Assembly (NCBI GenBank): GCA_038207085.1
Contig: JBBRAE010000003.1
Span: forward strand, 108,383 to 172,382
DNA length: 64,000 nt
Source of the DNA: Armatimonadota bacterium
GTDB lineage: Bacteria; Armatimonadota; UBA5829; DTLH01
Reading direction: 5' to 3'
In this document: positions 37,935-48,656 of the stretch, one piece after another
Numbering within the stretch: position 1 is the first letter of the stretch
Layout: every line of letters starts with the position of its first letter
The notes under the pieces: generated by a model
Told to the model about the DNA's origin: nothing
What the model saw: only the letters and a program-made list of their open reading frames with translations
Databases searched by the model: none
Position numbers and translations under genes: made by a program

Positions 37935-38762
37935 ATGTTGTTGAGGTCAATTTCGGTGGGCGCACTTGCGCTGGTTCTTTTGGGATGTCCCGCGATTGCG
38001 GACGGCTCACTCACGCTTGAGCTTGACGCGCCCAGGCTGCAGTCCCCTGCCCCACGGGAGGAAGCTCCCGCGCCGTCGTCCAAACCCAATATCACCACCG
38101 TTACCACCCGGGCAACCGCGCCTAAGACGATCGGACGCGTCGGTCTGGTCTCTGCTGACCGAGCCACCATTTACGGCAGCCGCAGCACCAGCTCCCGGAC
38201 CTTCTCCGTATGCACCAAAGACTGTCCACTCGCCCTCACATCGACCTCTGGGTCATGGTTTGGAGTTTTGATGGTCGACGGGAGCACGGGATGGGTGCAG
38301 CAGAGCAAGGTGAAACTCCTCGACTATGGGTTCACTCCACCCAAACCGAGCCGCGGAGCGCTTGCGTCCCGATCATCGAGCACACCCCGCTACGATCAGG
38401 CAGGGAACGCGATCATCCAGACCGCGCTTCAGTATACAGGCGTTCCATACGTCTACGGAGGCAACTCCACGACGAGCGGGATCGACTGCTCGGCGTATGT
38501 TAAGATGGTCTTTAGCCAGTACGGCGTGAATCTGCCGCGCACGGCGCGTGAGCAGGCAAACGTAGGGACTCCCGTTTCAGGGGACGACCTTCAGCCCGGC
38601 GACAGACTGTATTTCGCCTGCAAACACAACTATCCCGACCACTGCGGCATCTATATGGGCAACGGCTACTTCATCCACGCCTCAGCCTCACGCGGTGGCG
38701 TAGCTGTAGACAAGCTCTCTGGCAGGCTCTTCGCCAAGTCGCTTGTCGCGGCGATGCGCTAA
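37935..38762 (+). CDS. Secreted SH3 + NlpC/P60 (C40) peptidoglycan hydrolase
   Basis: Signal peptide, SH3-like WFGV...GWV, GVPYVYGG, DCSAY, LPRTA, HCGIY and FIHAS motifs. Confidence 0.9.
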   Translation: MLLRSISVGALALVLLGCPAIADGSLTLELDAPRLQSPAPREEAPAPSSKPNITTVTTRATAPKTIGRVGLVSADRATIYGSRSTSSRTFSVCTKDCPLALTSTSGSWFGVLMVDGSTGWVQQSKVKLLDYGFTPPKPSRGALASRSSSTPRYDQAGNAIIQTALQYTGVPYVYGGNSTTSGIDCSAYVKMVFSQYGVNLPRTAREQANVGTPVSGDDLQPGDRLYFACKHNYPDHCGIYMGNGYFIHASASRGGVAVDKLSGRLFAKSLVAAMR

Positions 38763-38893
38763 CTGCCAGCGAACACCCATATGGAACGAATTCCCTTTAA
38801 TCCTCGTAATATATATAGCACACGCTGGTAAGCCTTTCCTTTTGGAAAGAGATCTTTCCCCGTCCAAAGAGAGATCAGCTGAACAGCCTCCTG

Positions 38894-38931
38894 AAAAAAC
38901 CCCGCGGGCTGCCGCTTGGCCTGCGGGGTTT
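38894..38931. terminator. Bidirectional terminator-like hairpin
   Basis: AAAAAACCCCGCGGGC...GCCTGCGGGGTTT. Confidence 0.6.
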
Positions 38932-38982
38932 CACTTGTACCCCCAGGTTTCGGTTTCCCCGTTGTGTACAATCATTATCTAC

Positions 38983-39352
38983 GTGAGCACCAGACCATGT
39001 GATAACCTCGAGTATCGCAAGGCCCGCACCGGCGACCTTGAGAGAATCGCGCACGTGATGCTCGAAGCGTTCCCGGAAAGCGTCGAGCACTACGTCGGTC
39101 GTCGGGTCGAACCCGCCGTGATGGCCGATGTGTTTGCAATCGCACTTGACGCTGAACCCGAAGCGCTGATGGTCGGGGTGTGCGACGGCGAGATCGCGGG
39201 ATATATCTACGCGCCCCCCGACCTGTCCCGGGTCTTCAAATCGGCGATCACGCGCGGTCACTTGCCGAGGATGATTTGGCGCTGGCTGACGGGGCGCTAG
39301 TGATGCCCGGATTCTCTCAGTTGCCGTAGACCCAAGCTTCCAGGGACAGGGC
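38983..39352 (+). pseudogene. GNAT acetyltransferase remnant
   Basis: N-terminal GNAT half stops at 39300. Motif A (ARILSVAVDPSFQGQG) follows in a different frame at 39302-39352 and is then cut off. Confidence 0.7.
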
Positions 39353-40392
39353 TCGGCTACATGCGTCAGCAGGAGACGCTCCGGGCGCTGAAATCGCTTG
39401 GGATCCCCGAAGACCACGTCACATTCCTCGGTTACCCGAACCAGTATCTGAACCAGATGTGGTCAACCGAGCACTGGCTCCCTGACAACCCTGTTAGGTC
39501 CGTGCGAACCGACTCAACAAGCTCGCCATACAACAACTCACTTACGCCAAACGCCGTCTTCTGCGGCGAATCGATGCTCGGGGACGTGCGAAAGGTCCTC
39601 TTGCGCGTAAAACCCGACGTGGTAGTCACGATCCACCCGAACGACATTCACATCGACCACTGGCCGACAGGCGCAGTCGTCAGATTCACCCTGATGGAGT
39701 TTGCCCACAACGCGCGGCTGTACACCTATCTCATCCACCGCGACCTCTGGCCGGTCCCTCGGTCCTACCGCCCCAGGCTTGCGCTAGACCATCCTCAGGC
39801 GCTCGAGCCGCCCCAGACACTGAAGAAGCACCAAGCGATCGCAATGTACAAAACACAAGGCGGCAACATCGACCCACTGCTCAGAGCATTTGCCCGTCGA
39901 AACGACTTGTTTGCCCTCGTACCGGTCGGAGTATGGCCCGGCAGGATTTCACTCGGGCAGAGTCTCATCATCCGGGACTCGGTCGCCGACAGAATCGCCA
40001 ACCGCGAGCACCCCTACGCAGACATCCAACTCGTTCACGTCCGATTGGTCGGCGGCAGGCTCGCATTCCAGGTAACGCTGAGAGACTCGACAAAGCCGGG
40101 AGTCACTTACCACCTATCACTACATTCGGGAGGAGTCGGCTCGCAAGACAGAACTATTGCCTACTACCATTGGAGCGGCCCAGACGCCTTTGGAAGCGCG
40201 ATCCGTTCCGGCAGACTGGAAGACATAGACAACTCCACCCTGGCAGGCGCGGTCACAGCAAACGTGGCAAGCATCGAACTTCCCTCCCCACTAGAGGACG
40301 GTACACGGTTTATAATGGTGAAATCCTGGACCACGATGGCCTCGAAAGTGATCGACGAAACTGCCGAAACCGCCTTCGCAGTCACCCCTTAG
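39352..40392 (+). pseudogene. 5'-truncated PIG-L/LmbE-family deacetylase
   Basis: LGYMRQQE, FLGYP and HPNDIHIDH present. The N-terminal PHPDD motif and an RBS are absent. Confidence 0.7.
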
Positions 40393-40418
40393 AGCAGCCC
40401 ATTATTCGCAGACCATGC

Positions 40419-40448
40419 TTGAAAGAAGCTCGACTATTGTGCTATTAT
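40419..40448 (+). promoter_or_regulatory. Putative sigma70 promoter
   Basis: TTGAAA-18 nt-TATTAT with TGn. Confidence 0.5.
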
Positions 40449-40621
40449 CAATATGGTATGTTAGCGCATTACGCACCGCAGCGGCAGAAGTGTCGCGGTG
40501 GCGCGGCGCTACTGTGCCAGCCTTTCAGAGTGGCCCTACCCGGTCACAGGGCGGTCGTATAACTTCGCGCGGCACAAACTCATTTGGCCGCGTTTCCCAT
40601 TTTTTGCAAGGAGGACTTGTA

Positions 40622-41770
40622 ATGGCGGAAATGAAAGTGCCGTTCTACGGACACGTTCGGCAGTATCACAATTTGAAAGAGGACATCGATAAGGCTATCA
40701 GCGGTGTCCTGGAGAGCGGCATCTACACGCTCGGCCCTGTTATGAAGCGATTCGAAGGCGAGCTTGCCCAGTATATGGGGATGAAGCACGCGCTCGGGCT
40801 GAACTCTGGAACCGATGCACTGTGGCTTGTATTCCTGGCTATGGGCATCGGCGAGGGCGATGAGGTCATTACCACATCGAACACCTTCTTCGCGACCGCT
40901 GAGGCCGTCTGGCTTGTCGGCGCGACCCCTGTGTTTGTGGACGTAGACCCGGCAACCCGCAACATCGACGTAACCAAGATCGAAGAAAAGATCACCCCCA
41001 AGACCAAGGCGATTATCCCCGTGCACCTCTACGGTCAGCCGGCGGATATGCCTGCGGTTGCCGCGATCGCAAAGAAGCACAACCTGCTCGTGATCGAGGA
41101 CTGCGCTCAGGCGCTCGGCGCGGCAGGCGATGGTTGGAAGATAGGTGAGCTTTCCGACGCTGTTGCGACAAGCTTCATCACCGCGAAAAACCTCGGCACC
41201 TTTGGTGACTCCGGCGCGGTTATGTTCAACAACGATGCCTACCTTGAGCCGATCACCAAACTCCGAAATCATGGCTCCAGCAAGAGATCGATCCACTCAG
41301 TCGGTTGGAACAGCCGTCTGGACGAGATCCATGCCGCGATCCTGTCAGTCAAGCTGAAGCACATCGATGAGTTCAACGATAACCGCATCGCGCGTGCCAA
41401 GCAGTACGATGAGCTCCTTGCAGGAACTTCGCTCAAGCTGCCTTCCGGCAAGGCCGGTTACAGGCATGTCTACCACCTCTATGTGGTCGAGACTCCGAAG
41501 AGAGACGAGCTGCAGGCGTTCCTTTCCGAGCGCGGCATCACCGCTCTTACCAACTACCCGGTCGCCATCCATCAGCAGGACGGATTCCCGTTCGGCGCAG
41601 GCGACCCGAGCCCGGTTCTCCCCGAGACCGAGCTGAACTCCGCCCAGTGCCTGTCGCTGCCGATGTACCCAGAGCTCACAGCTGAAGAGTGCAAGTACGT
41701 CGCCGACGCAGTGGTCGAGTGGGATCAGTTGAACAACAGCCAGAAGGGCTGTTGCTGCTGCTGCAAGTAA
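40622..41770 (+). CDS. DegT/DnrJ/EryC1/StrS-family PLP aminotransferase
   Basis: NSGTDAL, PVHLYG, IEDCAQA, SFITAKNLG, NSRLDEI and LSLPMYP motifs. AAGGAGG RBS. Confidence 0.92.
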   Translation: MAEMKVPFYGHVRQYHNLKEDIDKAISGVLESGIYTLGPVMKRFEGELAQYMGMKHALGLNSGTDALWLVFLAMGIGEGDEVITTSNTFFATAEAVWLVGATPVFVDVDPATRNIDVTKIEEKITPKTKAIIPVHLYGQPADMPAVAAIAKKHNLLVIEDCAQALGAAGDGWKIGELSDAVATSFITAKNLGTFGDSGAVMFNNDAYLEPITKLRNHGSSKRSIHSVGWNSRLDEIHAAILSVKLKHIDEFNDNRIARAKQYDELLAGTSLKLPSGKAGYRHVYHLYVVETPKRDELQAFLSERGITALTNYPVAIHQQDGFPFGAGDPSPVLPETELNSAQCLSLPMYPELTAEECKYVADAVVEWDQLNNSQKGCCCCCK

Positions 41771-41855
41771 TATAAGCTAACCCTACGGCAGCCGGACACG
41801 TCCACACGGGCGAGACCCGGCTGTCGTTCTACTATGTGTCCACAAAGAGGCAACC

Positions 41856-42878
41856 ATGAGTGACAAGATCTATACCGTCGCCATAGCCGGCTGCGGCAAG
41901 CGCGGCAAGGTTCATGCCGACGTCTTCCATAAGAACCCCCGATTTCAGGTAGTCGGGCTCTCTGACGTCGACGAAACGAGAATGCAGGAAGCAGCGGCGC
42001 TTTGCGGCTCCCCCGCGCTCTTCGCCGACGCAACCGAGATGCTCCAGACCACAAAACCCGACGTATTCTGCTTCTGCACCCCACCAACCGTCAGGCTTCC
42101 ACTGGTGAAGGCCGGATGCGACGCGGGCGTCAAGCTTATCGCTTACGAAAAGCCGATGGCGACCAATATGACTGAAGCGATCGAGATGCGGGACATGATG
42201 CGCGCGGCGGGCGTGAAAAGCGTCCAGAGCCATCAGCGCAAGTATAACATCCAGTTCCAGAAGACCAAGGATATCATCGACTCCGGCGCGCTCGGACAGA
42301 TCCACACCATCTACGCGACCGCTACCGGGTGGATGATGCACATGGCCACACACCTCGCCGACTACATCAACTGGTTCAACGGCAACGCCGACGTGGAGTA
42401 CGTAATCGGTCAGGCCGACGGCAAGGAGAAGTTCTCCGATGGCCACCCGTCCCCCGACTATATTGGTGGGTTCATCCAGTTCAAGAACGGCGTACGCGGC
42501 ATCCTTGAGACCGGATCCCTCGCCCCGGACGTTCCCGAGGTTGAATACTGGTGGAGAAAAGTCCGTATCGGCGCACAGGGGACCGAAGGGTTCGCCGAGT
42601 GCTTCGTCGGCGGCGGATATCGCGCCGTCACCAAGAGCCGAGGCTATGAGTCGAGCGACGAAGGCACCTGGGATGCCGATCACGAGCAGGATCCCTACAT
42701 CGAGGACATCGCCCTTTGGCTCGACGGCACAAAAGAGCACCCCTGCGACGGAGAAATCGGATTTAAAGACGCAGAAATTATGTGCGGGCTGATGAGAAGC
42801 GTAGTGGAGCGAAAGAAGATCGACTTCCCGCTCACGCCAGGTCCGAATGAGCTCGAAATGCTTGAGAAGACGCTGTAA
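41856..42878 (+). CDS. Gfo/Idh/MocA-family oxidoreductase
   Basis: IAGCGKRG Rossmann start, CTPP, EKPMA and HMATHLAD motifs. Confidence 0.85.
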   Translation: MSDKIYTVAIAGCGKRGKVHADVFHKNPRFQVVGLSDVDETRMQEAAALCGSPALFADATEMLQTTKPDVFCFCTPPTVRLPLVKAGCDAGVKLIAYEKPMATNMTEAIEMRDMMRAAGVKSVQSHQRKYNIQFQKTKDIIDSGALGQIHTIYATATGWMMHMATHLADYINWFNGNADVEYVIGQADGKEKFSDGHPSPDYIGGFIQFKNGVRGILETGSLAPDVPEVEYWWRKVRIGAQGTEGFAECFVGGGYRAVTKSRGYESSDEGTWDADHEQDPYIEDIALWLDGTKEHPCDGEIGFKDAEIMCGLMRSVVERKKIDFPLTPGPNELEMLEKTL

Positions 42879-42906
42879 AGTGTCTCTGCACTAACAACAA
42901 AACTAG

Positions 42907-42938
42907 AAAAGGCCCGAACTTCCACAGTTCGGGCCTTT
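42907..42938. terminator. Bidirectional intrinsic terminator
   Basis: AAAAGGCCCGAACT-tccac-AGTTCGGGCCTTT between convergent genes. Confidence 0.8.
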
Positions 42939-42949
42939 ATTTCTTATCT

Positions 42950-43183
42950 CTAATTCCTGTAACGCCAGTTGATCACACCGAGCGACCACAACCCTGATAT
43001 CGGGGCGAGTGACACACGAGGCAACGGCCTGCGCAGGATCAAGGGAAGAAGCACAAGCAGTATCGCGAGGCAAAGAGATCCGCCGACGTACCGCATGGCG
43101 CGGCACACCAGGATCCACGTCGTCAAAGCGGTCGTCACGAACGCCATCAGCACAAGACTCGAAACAACATACAGGTATTTCAT
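42950..43183 (-). CDS. Small hypothetical membrane protein (77 aa)
   Basis: GGAAGGAGAGG RBS and two to three hydrophobic stretches. Confidence 0.5.
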   Translation of the reverse strand: MKYLYVVSSLVLMAFVTTALTTWILVCRAMRYVGGSLCLAILLVLLPLILRRPLPRVSLAPISGLWSLGVINWRYRN

Positions 43184-43414
43184 GTGCCTCTCCTTCCACC
43201 TACAACTGATGCAACAGTTCAAAAAGAGACTTAACGTTACACCATCTCATCAGTAGAGAACAGCATCATACTGCTCCACCCTGCCAGCATTATACCACAT
43301 ATTCGACGGAATATCGCTCAGTACAAACGATAGAGTCGTGTGCCGCAAAACTTGCCCCTCTGGGCATCGACTCGCGACTCACGACTCTCAACTTCAGAAA
43401 TATCACTCGACAAC

Positions 43415-43807
43415 TTAACGCTTCGAGAACTGGAATCCTCTTCTTGCTCTCTTGCGCCCGTATTTCTTCCGCTCTTTAACGCGGGGATCTCGGGTCAAGA
43501 ATCCAAGCTTTCGCAGGATGGGACGGGTATCACCGATCTCAAGCAGAGCCTTGGAAATACCATGTCTGATCGCTCCGGCCTGTCCGGCGATTCCGCCACC
43601 AAGGCACTGTGCGGTGACATCGAACTTGCCGACTGCATCAACTGCCTCAAACGGCTGCTGGATGATCATCTCAAGCGTCTTTCGCCCAAGATACTTTGTC
43701 ATAGCGCGCCCGTTGATTGTGATGGTGCCTTCACCTGGGGTCAGCCACACCTTAGCGGTGGCGTTCTTGCGATGACCCGTTGCGTAGTATCGTACGGTCT
43801 CCTCCAA
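43415..43807 (-). CDS. rpsI: 30S ribosomal protein S9
   Basis: [14 protein letters not shown] and ERKKYG...QFSKR. Confidence 0.97.
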   Translation of the reverse strand: MEETVRYYATGHRKNATAKVWLTPGEGTITINGRAMTKYLGRKTLEMIIQQPFEAVDAVGKFDVTAQCLGGGIAGQAGAIRHGISKALLEIGDTRPILRKLGFLTRDPRVKERKKYGRKRARRGFQFSKR

Positions 43808-43821
43808 AGGATAATTCCTCC

Positions 43822-44250
43822 CTATACCAAATCCAACTTAACAGGCTGCTGCGCCTCGTGCGGATGCTCCGCGCCGGCGTAGACCTTGAGCTTTGTCATA
43901 ATCTGAGCACCGAGTTTATTGTGGGGGATCATACCCTTTACAGCTCTCTCGATGGATCTCTCAGGCTTGGTTTCAAACATTTTGCCGCGAGTTATCTGGC
44001 GGATTCCGCCAGGGTACATCGTATGCCAATAGATCGGCTCCTCGGCCTTGTTGCCGGTGAGCTTTGCCTTCGCGGCATTGATAACGATCACAAAATCGCC
44101 GGTATCCACGTGCGGGGTGAAAATCGGCTTGTGCTTCCCTCTCAGGATCTTCGCAACCTGCGAGGCTAGCCGGCCGACAGACATATCCGTTGCGTCAACC
44201 ACATACCACTTTCGAACCAGTTCGTGTGGTTTAGCCACATATGATTTCAT
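43822..44250 (-). CDS. rplM: 50S ribosomal protein L13
   Basis: WYVVDA and [17 protein letters not shown]. Confidence 0.97.
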   Translation of the reverse strand: MKSYVAKPHELVRKWYVVDATDMSVGRLASQVAKILRGKHKPIFTPHVDTGDFVIVINAAKAKLTGNKAEEPIYWHTMYPGGIRQITRGKMFETKPERSIERAVKGMIPHNKLGAQIMTKLKVYAGAEHPHEAQQPVKLDLV

Positions 44251-44981
44251 TAATAGGTTACCTCCACAAGCACCAACCCCTGAGGTGGCGCCGTCCTACC
44301 GGCCAGCCGCCGGTCTTTAGCTTCAAGTATGAATTGCACATCGTCCGGCGTCCGCCTCCCCTGCCCAACTTCAACGAGTGTTCCAACAACAATCCTCGCC
44401 ATGCTGTGCAAAAACGCGTTCGCTCTGATGCCAAATACGATCTCGTCCCCCGCACGGCTTATCGAGAGCTCCGTAAGCTCCCGCACCCTGCTGGGGGTGT
44501 CCATAACCGCCGAAAACGATGTAAAATCGTGCTTTCCAAACAGATACTCCGCACCACGGCGCATCAAGTCGATATCCGTTGCGTGCGGGACATACCAGTG
44601 GAACCTCCCGCCAAGCGCGGACGGGTTCTCACGGTTTAGTATAACGTATCTGTAAGATCTTGACCTGGCCGAATGCCGCGCATGAAAGTCCTGCGGCATC
44701 TCGACTGCCTCCCGCGCGACTATGTCCCGGGAAAGCAGGGAGTTCAGCGCAACGGGGATCCGCTCAACCGGGATCGTCCCCGTGGTCCTGAAGCTCACCA
44801 CCTGGCCCACAGCGTGCACTCCGGCGTCAGTCCTGCCGGCACCCGCTATGTGAATCGATTCTTTCGTGATTCGGGACAAGGCCCACTCAAGTTCGCCCTG
44901 GATGGTTCTGCGCCCCGGATGCCTTTGGAACCCCATATATTCCGTTCCGTCATACTCGACGGTCACTTTCAGGTTCCGCAT
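44250..44981 (-). CDS. truA: tRNA pseudouridine(38-40) synthase
   Basis: [14 protein letters not shown] and FLHSMAR. Confidence 0.96.
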   Translation of the reverse strand: MRNLKVTVEYDGTEYMGFQRHPGRRTIQGELEWALSRITKESIHIAGAGRTDAGVHAVGQVVSFRTTGTIPVERIPVALNSLLSRDIVAREAVEMPQDFHARHSARSRSYRYVILNRENPSALGGRFHWYVPHATDIDLMRRGAEYLFGKHDFTSFSAVMDTPSRVRELTELSISRAGDEIVFGIRANAFLHSMARIVVGTLVEVGQGRRTPDDVQFILEAKDRRLAGRTAPPQGLVLVEVTY

Positions 44982-45031
44982 AATAATAAGCTATCAGCAG
45001 TCAGAAGTCTATCACCGCTGACTGCCGACCA

Positions 45032-45391
45032 CTAATCCTCAGCAATCAGTTCGAGCTTGACCATCGGCGCAGCGTCTCCGCGGCGGAACCCGATTCTGGT
45101 CATCCTGGTGTAGCCACCGGGACGCTCCACGAACTTCGGCGCAATCTGATCGAAAAGCTTCTTTACGAGCGTCTCGTCGTTCAGAATCTTTCTTGCCTGC
45201 CTGCGCGAATGGATCGTGTTATCCTTTGCTCTGGTGATCACCTTCTCGGCAATGGCACGTGCCTCTTTTGCGCGTGTTTCCGTTGTTTCAATTGTCTCAT
45301 GCAGGAGAAGCGAGCGCACCAGACCTCTCAAGAGGGCAAGCCTCTGGTCGGACGGCAGGCCGAACTTTCTCCCGGCTATTCTATGTCGCAT
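45032..45391 (-). CDS. rplQ: 50S ribosomal protein L17
   Basis: MRHR, RPGGYTR and RRGDAA. Confidence 0.97.
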   Translation of the reverse strand: MRHRIAGRKFGLPSDQRLALLRGLVRSLLLHETIETTETRAKEARAIAEKVITRAKDNTIHSRRQARKILNDETLVKKLFDQIAPKFVERPGGYTRMTRIGFRRGDAAPMVKLELIAED

Positions 45392-45521
45392 CTTTTACGC
45401 TAACCTACCTTCGTCAAGCTAAGAGTGTATCCCAACCCTTTGAATAGAATGGGGAGTGTATCCGCCTTTCCAGAACAGCTTTCACCGTTCCCGGGCTCGG
45501 ATACACTCTAATGATCTCAGG

Positions 45522-46604
45522 TTATTCCTCGTCTTCGTCCTCGGACACGTCCTCGGAGGATTCTTCCTCGCCAGCCGTTTCCTGGACATCATCGAGCTCT
45601 TCGTCCATATCCTCATCGGAGTCCGCCGTAGCAAGAATGATCCCTGCCTCGCCGTCTCTCGACTTGCGCAAACCAAGACCAAGCATCGCGAGCTTGTCCT
45701 TGACCTCGTTAAGCGACTTCTTACCGAAGTTCCTGATGTTCATCAGGTCGGTCTCGCTGTACTGCACCAACTCACCGATGGTAAGTATGTTCGCCTTCTT
45801 CAGACAGTTGTATGTGCGCACAGAGAAGTCCAGCTCCTCAATACGCGCATCGGGTGCCTGCGGTCCGCCGGCAATACCCTCGCTGCCAAAGTCAGCAAAC
45901 CCTGTTCTCGGTCTGTTAGAGAAGTCAAAGAACAGCCTAAGGTGCTTGTCGATGATCTTGGCGGCGTCGCTGATCGCGTCGCTCGGTCCAAGGGTCCCGT
46001 TGGTCCAAACCTCAAGCACAAGCCGGTCGTAGTCGGTCTTGTGTCCGACTCGGGTCGGCTCCACAGTGTAGCTGACCTTTCTAACCGGAGTGAAAAGCGC
46101 GCCTACTGGGATAACCCCAATAGTCTGCCTTCCTCTTTCCTGCTTGTCGGGCGGCACATATCCTTTGCCGACTTCAACACTCATCTCCATCTTAAGATGC
46201 GCAGTCTGATCGTCAAGAGTCGCGATGTGAACCTCAGGGTTGACGATATCAATCTCGGGCGGACACTTAATGTCCGCACCGGTCACGTCGCCGGGTCCGT
46301 GCACGTCGATCTCGAGCCGGGGCTCGGTGTTCGCCGCGCCATCGCGCATCCTGACATTGACCTCGCGCATGTTGAGGATGAGCTCTGTGCAGTCTTCCTT
46401 GACACCAGGTATCGTGGAAAACTCATGGAGCACACCATCAATCTTGATTGTCGTTATCGCCGCCCCAGGAATAGACGAGAGCATAACGCGCCGGAGGCTG
46501 TTGCCGATAGTGGTGCCAAAGCCCCGTTCCAGCGGCTCGATAACGAACTTGCCGTAGCCATCGTTTTCTTCCAGCGACTCAATGCGCGGCGTTACCATAT
46601 CCAT
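45522..46604 (-). CDS. rpoA: RNA polymerase alpha subunit (with acidic tail)
   Basis: EPLERGFGTTIGNSLRR, SVRTYNCLK and NFGKKS. Confidence 0.97.
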   Translation of the reverse strand: MDMVTPRIESLEENDGYGKFVIEPLERGFGTTIGNSLRRVMLSSIPGAAITTIKIDGVLHEFSTIPGVKEDCTELILNMREVNVRMRDGAANTEPRLEIDVHGPGDVTGADIKCPPEIDIVNPEVHIATLDDQTAHLKMEMSVEVGKGYVPPDKQERGRQTIGVIPVGALFTPVRKVSYTVEPTRVGHKTDYDRLVLEVWTNGTLGPSDAISDAAKIIDKHLRLFFDFSNRPRTGFADFGSEGIAGGPQAPDARIEELDFSVRTYNCLKKANILTIGELVQYSETDLMNIRNFGKKSLNEVKDKLAMLGLGLRKSRDGEAGIILATADSDEDMDEELDDVQETAGEEESSEDVSEDEDEE

Positions 46605-46622
46605 ATTCGATTCACTCCGTCC

Positions 46623-47252
46623 TTATCTCGAGTAGAACTCGACGATTAGGGACTCCTGGACGTCAGTGTCGATCTCGTCGCGGATCGGCGCTGAAAGAAC
46701 GGTCCCGCTCATTTTGTTCGCGTCGAACCGCAGCCAGGCCGGGATCCCCCGTCCACCTGAGCTCTCGATAGCAGCCTGAAGAGCGGACATTCCCCGCGCC
46801 CCTTCAGCGATATCGATGACATCGTTCGGCCTGAGCAATGCGGACGCAATGTCCAACCGATGGCCATTAACGAAAACGTGACCGTGGTTCACGAACTGAC
46901 GCGCCTGGGCTCTTGAGGATGCAAGTCCCAACCTGTAAACAATGTTGTCGAGCCTGAGCTCCAGCAACTGAAGCACGTTCTCACCGGTTACGCCCTTGCG
47001 TCTGACGGCTTCCTTCATATAATTGCGGAACTGGCCTTCACGTACGCCATAAATTCTCCGCATCTTCTGTTTTTCTCGAAGCTGAACCCCATAATCAGAG
47101 AGTTTCTTCTGTCTACCCTGACCGTGCTGGCCAGGAGCATACTGACGCCTCTCAACCGGACACTTCCGGGAAAAGCACTTGTCTCCCTTGAGATACAGCT
47201 TCTCCAATTCGCGCCTGCACAACCTGCAGACGGCGCTTCCCTGAGTTGCCAT
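46623..47252 (-). CDS. rpsD: 30S ribosomal protein S4 (Cys-containing type)
   Basis: CRLCRR, PGQHG, LREKQK and IVEFYSR. Confidence 0.97.
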   Translation of the reverse strand: MATQGSAVCRLCRRELEKLYLKGDKCFSRKCPVERRQYAPGQHGQGRQKKLSDYGVQLREKQKMRRIYGVREGQFRNYMKEAVRRKGVTGENVLQLLELRLDNIVYRLGLASSRAQARQFVNHGHVFVNGHRLDIASALLRPNDVIDIAEGARGMSALQAAIESSGGRGIPAWLRFDANKMSGTVLSAPIRDEIDTDVQESLIVEFYSR

Positions 47253-47276
47253 ACTTTGCCTATTCTCCTTGGAACG

Positions 47277-47672
47277 CTACACCCGGCGCCGCTTCGGCGG
47301 CCTGCAACCGTTGTGCGGGATCGGCGTGCAATCCTTGATCATGCTAACTTCGAGCCCGACTGCCTGCAGAGACCTAATAGCGGTCTCCCTGCCAGATCCG
47401 GGACCCTTTACAAGAACATCAATCCGCTTGAGCCCGTGCTCCATAGCTCTGCGAGCAGCCGACTCAGCGGCCATCTGGGCTGCAAACGGAGTGCCCTTCT
47501 TAGTTCCTTTAAATCCCACCGTGCCAGAACTAGCCCACGAGATCAAGTTCCCGTTGACGTCCGTGATGGACACGATTGTGTTATTGAACGTGCTCTGGAT
47601 ATGGGCCACGCCTTGAGCAATGTTCTTTTTCTCTTTCGGCTTGACCCGAGCCGTCGTTGTCTTTCTAGCCAA
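47277..47672 (-). CDS. rpsK: 30S ribosomal protein S11
   Basis: STFNNTI and [13 protein letters not shown]. Confidence 0.97.
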   Translation of the reverse strand: MARKTTTARVKPKEKKNIAQGVAHIQSTFNNTIVSITDVNGNLISWASSGTVGFKGTKKGTPFAAQMAAESAARRAMEHGLKRIDVLVKGPGSGRETAIRSLQAVGLEVSMIKDCTPIPHNGCRPPKRRRV

Positions 47673-47692
47673 GCTAAGGACCTCCTAAGCTC

Positions 47693-47759
47693 AATTTCAG
47701 ATTTGAGATTGCAGGTTGCAGATCAGTTTCCTGCAATCTGCAATTTGAAATCTGCAATT
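47693..47759. repeat. Heptamer-repeat hairpin
   Basis: ATTTCAG ATTTGAG ATTGCAG GTTGCAG, then CTGCAAT CTGCAAT TTGAAAT CTGCAAT. Confidence 0.85.
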
Positions 47760-47770
47760 ACGATTTCAGA

Positions 47771-48148
47771 CTATTTTGCCTTCTTCCTTTTCGCGCCAAC
47801 CGTCCTCCTCGGACCTTTGCGCGTTCGGGCATTGGTGCTAGTTCTCTGCCCTCTTACAGGAAGACCGCGGCGATGCCGAATCCCTCTGTAGGACCCAATC
47901 TCCATAAGCCTGCGGATGTTCATCGAGAACTGCCGTCTCAGGTCGCCTTCAACCTGATACTCACGCTCGATAACCTCTCTAAGCCTGGCGACCTCACCCT
48001 CGGTCAGGTCTCGCACCCGCGTATCCACCGACACACCAGCCTGCTCGAGAATATTCTTGCTCGAGGTTAGCCCGATGCCGAATATATAGGTTAGGGCAAT
48101 CTCTACTCTTTTGTCTCTCGGAAGGTCAACTCCCGCAATTCTTGCCAA
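47771..48148 (-). CDS. rpsM: 30S ribosomal protein S13
   Basis: ARIAGVDLP and [13 protein letters not shown]. Confidence 0.97.
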   Translation of the reverse strand: MARIAGVDLPRDKRVEIALTYIFGIGLTSSKNILEQAGVSVDTRVRDLTEGEVARLREVIEREYQVEGDLRRQFSMNIRRLMEIGSYRGIRHRRGLPVRGQRTSTNARTRKGPRRTVGAKRKKAK

Positions 48149-48167
48149 GTTCAGCCTCCTCCGTTGC

Positions 48168-48284
48168 CTACCCCTGCCTCTGTTTGTGCTTGGGGTACTG
48201 CTTGCAGATCACGCGCAGGACGCCTTCCCGCTTAACGATCTTACACTTATCACACATTTTCTTAACCGACGCTCTTACCTTCAA
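48168..48284 (-). CDS. rpmJ: 50S ribosomal protein L36 (zinc-ribbon type), not in the ORF track
   Basis: Manual translation from [41 protein letters not shown]. Confidence 0.96.
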   Translation of the reverse strand: MKVRASVKKMCDKCKIVKREGVLRVICKQYPKHKQRQG

Positions 48285-48428
48285 CGTTGTTCTCCTTGGG
48301 AGAGCTCTTGCTGCTGGCTCTTAGCCATTAGCAGTCAGCACTACCCTACTCCCCGCAGACTCCGACGTGAGCTTCGGAACCTTAAGGAAACAGGCTGATG
48401 CCGGTAGCTAACACCTACTAGCCTCTCG

Positions 48429-48650
48429 CTATTTATACCTGTAAACGATCCTGCCTCGGGTGAGATCGTAGGGCGAAAGCTCCATAAGCACCCTGTCACC
48501 AGGAAGGATCTTGATGAAGTGCATCCTGATCTTCCCTGAAACGTGTGCCAGCACCTTGTGCCCATTTGCAAGCTCTACACGAAACGTAGCGTTCGGTAGA
48601 GTCTCGGTAACCACACCTTCGACTTCAATCGCTTTCTCTTTATCGGCCAC
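48429..48650 (-). CDS. infA: Translation initiation factor IF-1
   Basis: [13 protein letters not shown] and [13 protein letters not shown]. Confidence 0.97.
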   Translation of the reverse strand: MADKEKAIEVEGVVTETLPNATFRVELANGHKVLAHVSGKIRMHFIKILPGDRVLMELSPYDLTRGRIVYRYK

Positions 48651-48656
48651 TTTTAT

